DNA from: an uncultured Dehalococcoidia bacterium
Lineage (GTDB): Bacteria; Chloroflexota; Dehalococcoidia; Lucifugimonadales; UBA3495
Direction: 5' to 3'
Length of the DNA stretch: 64,000 nucleotides
Assembly (NCBI GenBank): GCA_950072105.1
Contig: CATMOE010000003.1
Coordinates: 64,001 to 128,000, forward strand
Of the stretch, positions 58,726-64,000 are shown in pieces. Position numbers and translations under genes: made by a program. Numbering within the stretch: the first letter of the stretch is position 1; every line of letters starts with the position of its first letter. The notes under the pieces are model-generated. The model saw only the letters and a list, made by a program, of their open reading frames with translations, searched no databases and was not told the DNA's origin.

Positions 58726-60195
58726 ATGACAACATCCAAAGTGATTTCACGGACATCAGCCACGTCCGAGGAGTTGGATACAGATTACAAGTGGGGCTTT
58801 ACCATCGACATCGACTCGGACTTGGCCCCCAAGGGGTTGAACGAGGATGTCGTACGGTTGATCTCCGCCAAAAAAGGCGAACCCGAATGGATGCTGGAAT
58901 GGCGTCTGAAGGCCTTCCGACATTGGCTTAAGCTTAACAAAGCGGAACCCAAGTGGGCCAACATTCACCACCCCGAGATCGACTTCGATGACATTTATTA
59001 CTATGCGGCGCCAAAGTCCAAGGATGACGCCCCCAAAAGCTTGGACGAAGTAGACCCCGAGATCTTAGAGGCCTTCGAAAAGTTGGGAATACCGCTAGCG
59101 GAGCGGGAAAAATTGGCCGGTGTGGCCGTCGACGCGGTGCTGGACAGTGTGTCGGTGGGCACCACTTACCAGGAATCCCTGGAGAAAGCCGGGGTGATTT
59201 TCTGTTCCATGAGCGAAGCCGTCAAGAACCACCCGGATCTGGTCAAAAAGTACCTGGGGTCGGTGGTCCCATACGGCGACAACTTCTACGCCACCCTTAA
59301 CTCCGCCGTATTCAGCGACGGCTCTTTCGCCTACATACCCAAAGGTGTGCGCTGCCCGATGGAACTGATGACTTACTTCCGCATCAACCAGGCCGACTCG
59401 GGCCAGTTTGAGCGAACTTTGATAATCGCCGAAGAGGGCGCCTACGTCAGTTACCTGGAAGGCTGCACCGCCCCCGCGCGAAAAACCCACCAACTACACG
59501 CCGCGGTGGTGGAGTTGGTGGCCATGGACGATGCCGAGATCAAGTACTCTACCCTCCAGAACTGGTTCCCCGGGGACAAGGAAGGCAAGGGCGGCGTCTA
59601 CAACTTCGTCACCAAGCGGGGAATAGCCCAGGGAAAAAACTCCAAGATTTCCTGGACACAGGTGGAGACCGGCTCGGCCATCACCTGGAAGTATCCCAGT
59701 GTGATCCTCAAAGGGGACAACTCGGTGGGCGAGTTCTACTCGGTGGCCCTGGTTAACAACTACCAGCAGGCCGACACCGGCACCAAAATGATCCACATCG
59801 GGAAAAACACCAAGAGCACCATTGTTGCCAAGGGCATCTCGGCGGGACATGGAAGCGCGACTTACCGAGGTCTGGTCAAAATCATGCCATCAGCCGATGG
59901 GGCCCGGAATTTTACCCAGTGCGACTCTCTGCTGGTCGGCGACCAATGTGGCGCCCACACGGTGCCCTATATCGAAGTACGCAACCCAACGGCCCAGATG
60001 GAGCACGAAGCCTCCACCTCCAAGGTCAGTGATGAACAGGTCTTTTACTGCCAGCAGCGCGGCATCTCGATGGAAGATGCCCATTACATGATAATCAACG
60101 GTTTCTGCCGGGGCATCTTCCAGGAACTGCCATTCGAATTCGCCATGGAGGCCTCCCAGTTGCTCAAGGTTAGCCTTGAAGGAGCCGTAGGCTAA
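58726..60195 (+). CDS. sufB: Fe-S cluster assembly scaffold SufB
   Basis: [42 protein letters not shown]. Confidence 0.96.
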   Translation: MTTSKVISRTSATSEELDTDYKWGFTIDIDSDLAPKGLNEDVVRLISAKKGEPEWMLEWRLKAFRHWLKLNKAEPKWANIHHPEIDFDDIYYYAAPKSKDDAPKSLDEVDPEILEAFEKLGIPLAEREKLAGVAVDAVLDSVSVGTTYQESLEKAGVIFCSMSEAVKNHPDLVKKYLGSVVPYGDNFYATLNSAVFSDGSFAYIPKGVRCPMELMTYFRINQADSGQFERTLIIAEEGAYVSYLEGCTAPARKTHQLHAAVVELVAMDDAEIKYSTLQNWFPGDKEGKGGVYNFVTKRGIAQGKNSKISWTQVETGSAITWKYPSVILKGDNSVGEFYSVALVNNYQQADTGTKMIHIGKNTKSTIVAKGISAGHGSATYRGLVKIMPSADGARNFTQCDSLLVGDQCGAHTVPYIEVRNPTAQMEHEASTSKVSDEQVFYCQQRGISMEDAHYMIINGFCRGIFQELPFEFAMEASQLLKVSLEGAVG

Positions 60196-60987
60196 ATGGC
60201 TCAAGACGTGGAGTCCGGCGGACAGACCCTTCTGGATGTACGGGGCCTCAGAGCTTCGGTGGCAGGCCTGGAGATACTCAAAGGGGTGGACCTTACCGTC
60301 AAGACCGGCGAGGTTCACGCTATCATGGGCCCCAACGGGTCCGGTAAAAGCACTTTGGCCAATGTTCTGGCCGGAAAGCCCGATTATCAGGTAACCAGTG
60401 GCCAGGTTCTTTACCAGGGCGCGGACCTGCTGTCGATGGAACCGGAGATCAGGGCCAGGCTGGGGGTTTTTCTCGCCTTCCAATATCCCGTAGAGCTTCC
60501 CGGTGTCCGGGCCTGGCAATTCCTCAAGGCCGCAGTGGACGCTCAGCGGGAGCACGCCGGAGAAGAAGAGTTAAGCGCCCGGGCCTTTGACCGTATGCTT
60601 AAGGAAAAGGTTGAGTTGGTTGAGATTGACCCTGAGCTGGTGAAAAGGGCAGTTAACGAAGGGTTCTCCGGTGGCGAGAAGAAGCGTAACGAAATCTTGC
60701 AGATGGCCGTGCTACAACCCAAGCTGGCTATCCTGGACGAGACCGATTCCGGGCTGGACATCGACGCTCTGCGCATCGTGGCCGACGGGGTCAATAAGCT
60801 ACGTAACTCGTCCAACGCCGTCGTTCTGGTGACCCACTACCAGCGGATCCTCAACTATATTACCCCCGACCAAGTCCACGTCCTGATAGACGGCCGCATC
60901 GTGCGTTCCGGAGGCCCCGAACTGGCCCATGAATTGGAAGAGCGGGGTTACGACTGGATCAAGGAAGCCGTCGATGCCGGCGTGTAA
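60196..60987 (+). CDS. sufC: Fe-S assembly ATPase SufC
   Basis: GPNGSGKST, AFQYP, GFSGGEKKRNE, DETDSGLDID. Confidence 0.96.
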   Translation: MAQDVESGGQTLLDVRGLRASVAGLEILKGVDLTVKTGEVHAIMGPNGSGKSTLANVLAGKPDYQVTSGQVLYQGADLLSMEPEIRARLGVFLAFQYPVELPGVRAWQFLKAAVDAQREHAGEEELSARAFDRMLKEKVELVEIDPELVKRAVNEGFSGGEKKRNEILQMAVLQPKLAILDETDSGLDIDALRIVADGVNKLRNSSNAVVLVTHYQRILNYITPDQVHVLIDGRIVRSGGPELAHELEERGYDWIKEAVDAGV

Positions 60988-61011
60988 TCCCTCTGGGCTG
61001 GCGCTCCGTTC

Positions 61012-62376
61012 ATGACTCAAACATCTATGAAACTCCAAACCTACCGGACCGGCTTCGACGCGTTGCTGCAGGAAGCCGAAGCCACGGATCCTCAGTGGCT
61101 CACTGACCTGCGCCGGGAGGCCTGGTCCCGGTTCAACAAGTTGGGGTTTCCCACCGCCCGCCGGGGCAATGAGAAGTGGAAGTACACCAGCGTCCGTCCT
61201 CTGGCGGCAGCCAACTTTGACAGTCCGCTCGTGATAAATCCTCCGGAGAATATCAACGTCGCGGATCTGCGCCGAGTGGCCCCCTGGAACGACGCATGGA
61301 CCAACCTGGTTTTCCTGGACGGACACTTTGCCGGTTACCTTTCAAATCTATCAAACCTAGAGAACGGCGCCGGCCAGATCACGGTAACCAACCTCGCCGA
61401 TGCCATCGCCTCGGGTAACCCGGATGTCCAGAGCCAATTAGCCAAGCACGCTGACACGGACGATGACGGGTTCACGGCCCTGAACACCGCGTTTTTGCGT
61501 GACGGGGCGTTCGTAAATATTCCCGCCGGTCGTATCGCCGATGCTCCGGTGCACTTGATCTTTGCCACCACCGGCCAGTTTGAACATGCGGCCTCTTACC
61601 CCCGCACACTGTTGCTCGCGGGGGCTAACTCCCGTGTAACCGTGTTGGAAAGCTACGTGAGCCTTGCCCAAGCCCCTTACTTCACCAACGCCGTCACCGA
61701 GATCGTTCTTGAAGATGGCGCCCAGGTTGAGCACTACCGGCTGCTGCTGGAGAGCGCCGATGCGTTTCACGTCGGTACCAGCCGGGTGCATCAAAGCAAA
61801 GACAGCACTATCTCGTCCGCCTCCTTCGCCAAAGGCGCGGCTATGGCCCGGCAGGACGTTCAGGTAATCTTGGACGCCCCCGGCGCGTCTTGCTCGCTCA
61901 ACGGCCTGTACATGACCAGCGGCGAGCAACACATCGACAACTTGATCAACATCGACCATGCCAAGCCGTATACCAAAAGCCGGCTGTTCTACAAAGGGAT
62001 TCTGGACGGCAAGTCCAAAGCGGTTTTTGGCGGCACTGTCTTGGTCCGGAAGGACGCCCAGAAGACCGACGCCCAGCAGACCGACAAAAACTTGCTTCTC
62101 TCTCGCCAGGCGGAAGTAGACAGCAAGCCCAGTTTGCTGATCTACGCCGACGACGTTCAGTGCGCCCACGGGGCCACGGCGGGTCACATCGATAAAGACA
62201 CCCTGTTCTACATGCAAAGCCGGGGTCTGGACCGGGAGACCGCCAGCCGCATCTTGATCCACGCGTTCGCCAGCCAAATCATCGACACAGTGGAGCTCGA
62301 ACCCTTGCGAGATTATCTAGATGACCTTTTCCTCGCTGCGATACCAACCGCCAGTCTTGAATTTGGGAGTCGATAA
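61012..62376 (+). CDS. sufD: Fe-S assembly protein SufD
   Basis: EKWKYT, AQKTDA.Q, IYADDVQCAHGAT, FYMQSRG. Confidence 0.94.
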   Translation: MTQTSMKLQTYRTGFDALLQEAEATDPQWLTDLRREAWSRFNKLGFPTARRGNEKWKYTSVRPLAAANFDSPLVINPPENINVADLRRVAPWNDAWTNLVFLDGHFAGYLSNLSNLENGAGQITVTNLADAIASGNPDVQSQLAKHADTDDDGFTALNTAFLRDGAFVNIPAGRIADAPVHLIFATTGQFEHAASYPRTLLLAGANSRVTVLESYVSLAQAPYFTNAVTEIVLEDGAQVEHYRLLLESADAFHVGTSRVHQSKDSTISSASFAKGAAMARQDVQVILDAPGASCSLNGLYMTSGEQHIDNLINIDHAKPYTKSRLFYKGILDGKSKAVFGGTVLVRKDAQKTDAQQTDKNLLLSRQAEVDSKPSLLIYADDVQCAHGATAGHIDKDTLFYMQSRGLDRETASRILIHAFASQIIDTVELEPLRDYLDDLFLAAIPTASLEFGSR

Positions 62377-63611
62377 TGACAACTAACGTCTCCGGTTTGG
62401 ACGTGGCGCGGATCCGGGAAGATTTCCCGGTGCTTCATCAGATGGTGAATGGCAAACCCTTGGTCTATCTGGACAATGCCGCCACCACCCAGAAACCCCA
62501 GGTAGTCATCGACGCACTGGTTAATTACTATACCTCGGACAACTCCAACGTCCACCGGGGCGTGCACACCCTTAGTCAACGCGCCACCGAGGACTTCGAC
62601 ATGGGTAGGAGCAAGGCGAGGCAGTTCCTTAACGCGGCCTCCGACCAAGAGATTATATTCGTGAAGGGCACCACCGACGGAATCAATCTGGTAGCCCAGA
62701 GTTATGCACGCCCGAACCTGGGAGAGGGAGATGACATTATCATCTCCACCATGGAGCATCACTCTAACATCATCCCTTGGCAGGTTCTGTGCCAGGAAAA
62801 GGGTGCCCACCTGCGCGTCATTCCCATCAGTGACGCCGGTGAGTTGCTGATCGACGAATACGAAAAAATGTTGACTCCACGGACCAAGCTGGTGGCGATC
62901 ACCCATGTTTCAAACGTGTTGGGGACCGTCAATCCCATCGATCAGATCGTGGAGATCGCTCATACCCGGGGAGTACCGGTAATGGTTGACGGAGCCCAGG
63001 CAGTTCCCCACATGGCGGTGGATGTACAGAAGTTGGATTGCGACTTCTACGTTTTCTCCGGCCATAAGATTTACGGCCCCACCGGCATCGGTGTCCTTTA
63101 TGGCAAGGCCGAACTCCTCGATGCGATGCCGCCTTACCAACTGGGCAGCGAAATGATAAAGTCGGTCACCTTCGAACACACGATCTACAACGACCTGCCC
63201 TTCAAGTTCGAGCCGGGCACGCCCCACATCGCCGGTGTGATTGGAATGGGCGTGGCTATCGATTACCTGAACGGCATAGGATTGGACCGGATCGATGCCT
63301 ACGAGCACGAATTGTTGGAATACGGCATGGAGTGCCTTTCCGGTATAGGCGGCGTTCAGCTCATCGGTACCGCTCCGGGAAAATCCAGCGTAATGTCCTT
63401 CGTCATGGATTGCGCCCACCCCCACGACATCGGCACCATCCTAGACACCGAAGGCGTTGCCGTACGCACCGGGCATCATTGCGCCCAACCCCTCATGCAC
63501 CGGTTCGGGGTGCCTGCCACCGCCCGGGCATCTTTGTCCTTCTACAACACGAAAGATGAGATAGACCTTTTGGTTAAGGCGATCGACCGGGTCATCGAGG
63601 TCTTCAGTTAA
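62376..63611 (+). CDS. sufS: Cysteine desulfurase SufS
   Basis: YLDNAATTQKP, SGHK, RTGHHCAQP. Confidence 0.95.
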   Translation: MTTNVSGLDVARIREDFPVLHQMVNGKPLVYLDNAATTQKPQVVIDALVNYYTSDNSNVHRGVHTLSQRATEDFDMGRSKARQFLNAASDQEIIFVKGTTDGINLVAQSYARPNLGEGDDIIISTMEHHSNIIPWQVLCQEKGAHLRVIPISDAGELLIDEYEKMLTPRTKLVAITHVSNVLGTVNPIDQIVEIAHTRGVPVMVDGAQAVPHMAVDVQKLDCDFYVFSGHKIYGPTGIGVLYGKAELLDAMPPYQLGSEMIKSVTFEHTIYNDLPFKFEPGTPHIAGVIGMGVAIDYLNGIGLDRIDAYEHELLEYGMECLSGIGGVQLIGTAPGKSSVMSFVMDCAHPHDIGTILDTEGVAVRTGHHCAQPLMHRFGVPATARASLSFYNTKDEIDLLVKAIDRVIEVFS

Positions 63612-64000
63612 TGCCCGGTCTAAATGACCTTTACCAGGAGATCCTCCTGGATCACAACAGCAAGCCCCGGAACTTCCGCAAACTTGAAGAAGCTAACCGG
63701 TCCGCCGATGGCTACAATCCCCTGTGCGGCGATCAGATCCAGCTATATCTTCAGGTGGAAGACGACAAAATCATCGACGTGAGTTTCCAGGGAATCGGCT
63801 GCGCTATCTCCCGCGCCTCGGCCTCGATGCTAACCCAGAGCGTCAAAGGCCAGAGCGTAGAGCGTGCTCAAGAGATATTCGACGCCTTTCATACCATGCT
63901 GACCGAACCGGACGCTGAACTGGATTACGACACTCTTGACGACCTGGAATGTCTGGCCGGGGTCTCCGAGTTCCCAACCCGCATCAAGTGCGCCGTGCTA
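63611..64000 (+). CDS. sufU: SufU (NifU-like) protein, truncated by the window end
   Basis: Hand translation: MPGLNDLYQEILLDH..PRN...NPLCGD...GCAISRASAS...RIKCAVL; TAATG overlap with sufS. Confidence 0.92.
   Translation, partial: MPGLNDLYQEILLDHNSKPRNFRKLEEANRSADGYNPLCGDQIQLYLQVEDDKIIDVSFQGIGCAISRASASMLTQSVKGQSVERAQEIFDAFHTMLTEPDAELDYDTLDDLECLAGVSEFPTRIKCAVL

Overview
A 64-kb, GC-rich, gene-dense bacterial chromosomal segment. Gene content suggests Chloroflexota/Dehalococcoidia (SAR202-like), but this is inference only. In order it holds: a cobamide nucleotide-loop/salvage cluster (cobT-cobS-cbiB-cobD); a disrupted class III nucleotide cyclase; an M16 peptidase, HtrA and rph; a broken comEA/comEC locus interrupted by two HEPN-motif genes; ilvE, plsY and an arylsulfotransferase; a mobA-moaD-AOR-cupin-nuoE/nuoF-like-fdhA Mo/W oxidoreductase run; ggt, an acyl-CoA dehydrogenase and parDE; DUF1800/DUF1501/NHL genes; a hopanoid cluster (polyprenyl synthase, hpnH, hpnG, hpnA, shc, hpnD-like) running into sugar/nucleoside catabolic genes; tatD; and sufBCDSU behind an IscR-type operator. 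Three signals stand out. (1) Six copies of three families of small palindromic repeats sit in frame inside the NuoF-like and FdhA genes, and related copies also occur free between genes. (2) The cyclase has an in-frame UGA at a CxxC position, followed by a SECIS-like hairpin, so it is a candidate selenoprotein. (3) A HEPN gene pair lies inside a competence locus in which both comEA and comEC are disrupted. No rRNA, tRNA, CRISPR array or transposase was recognised.
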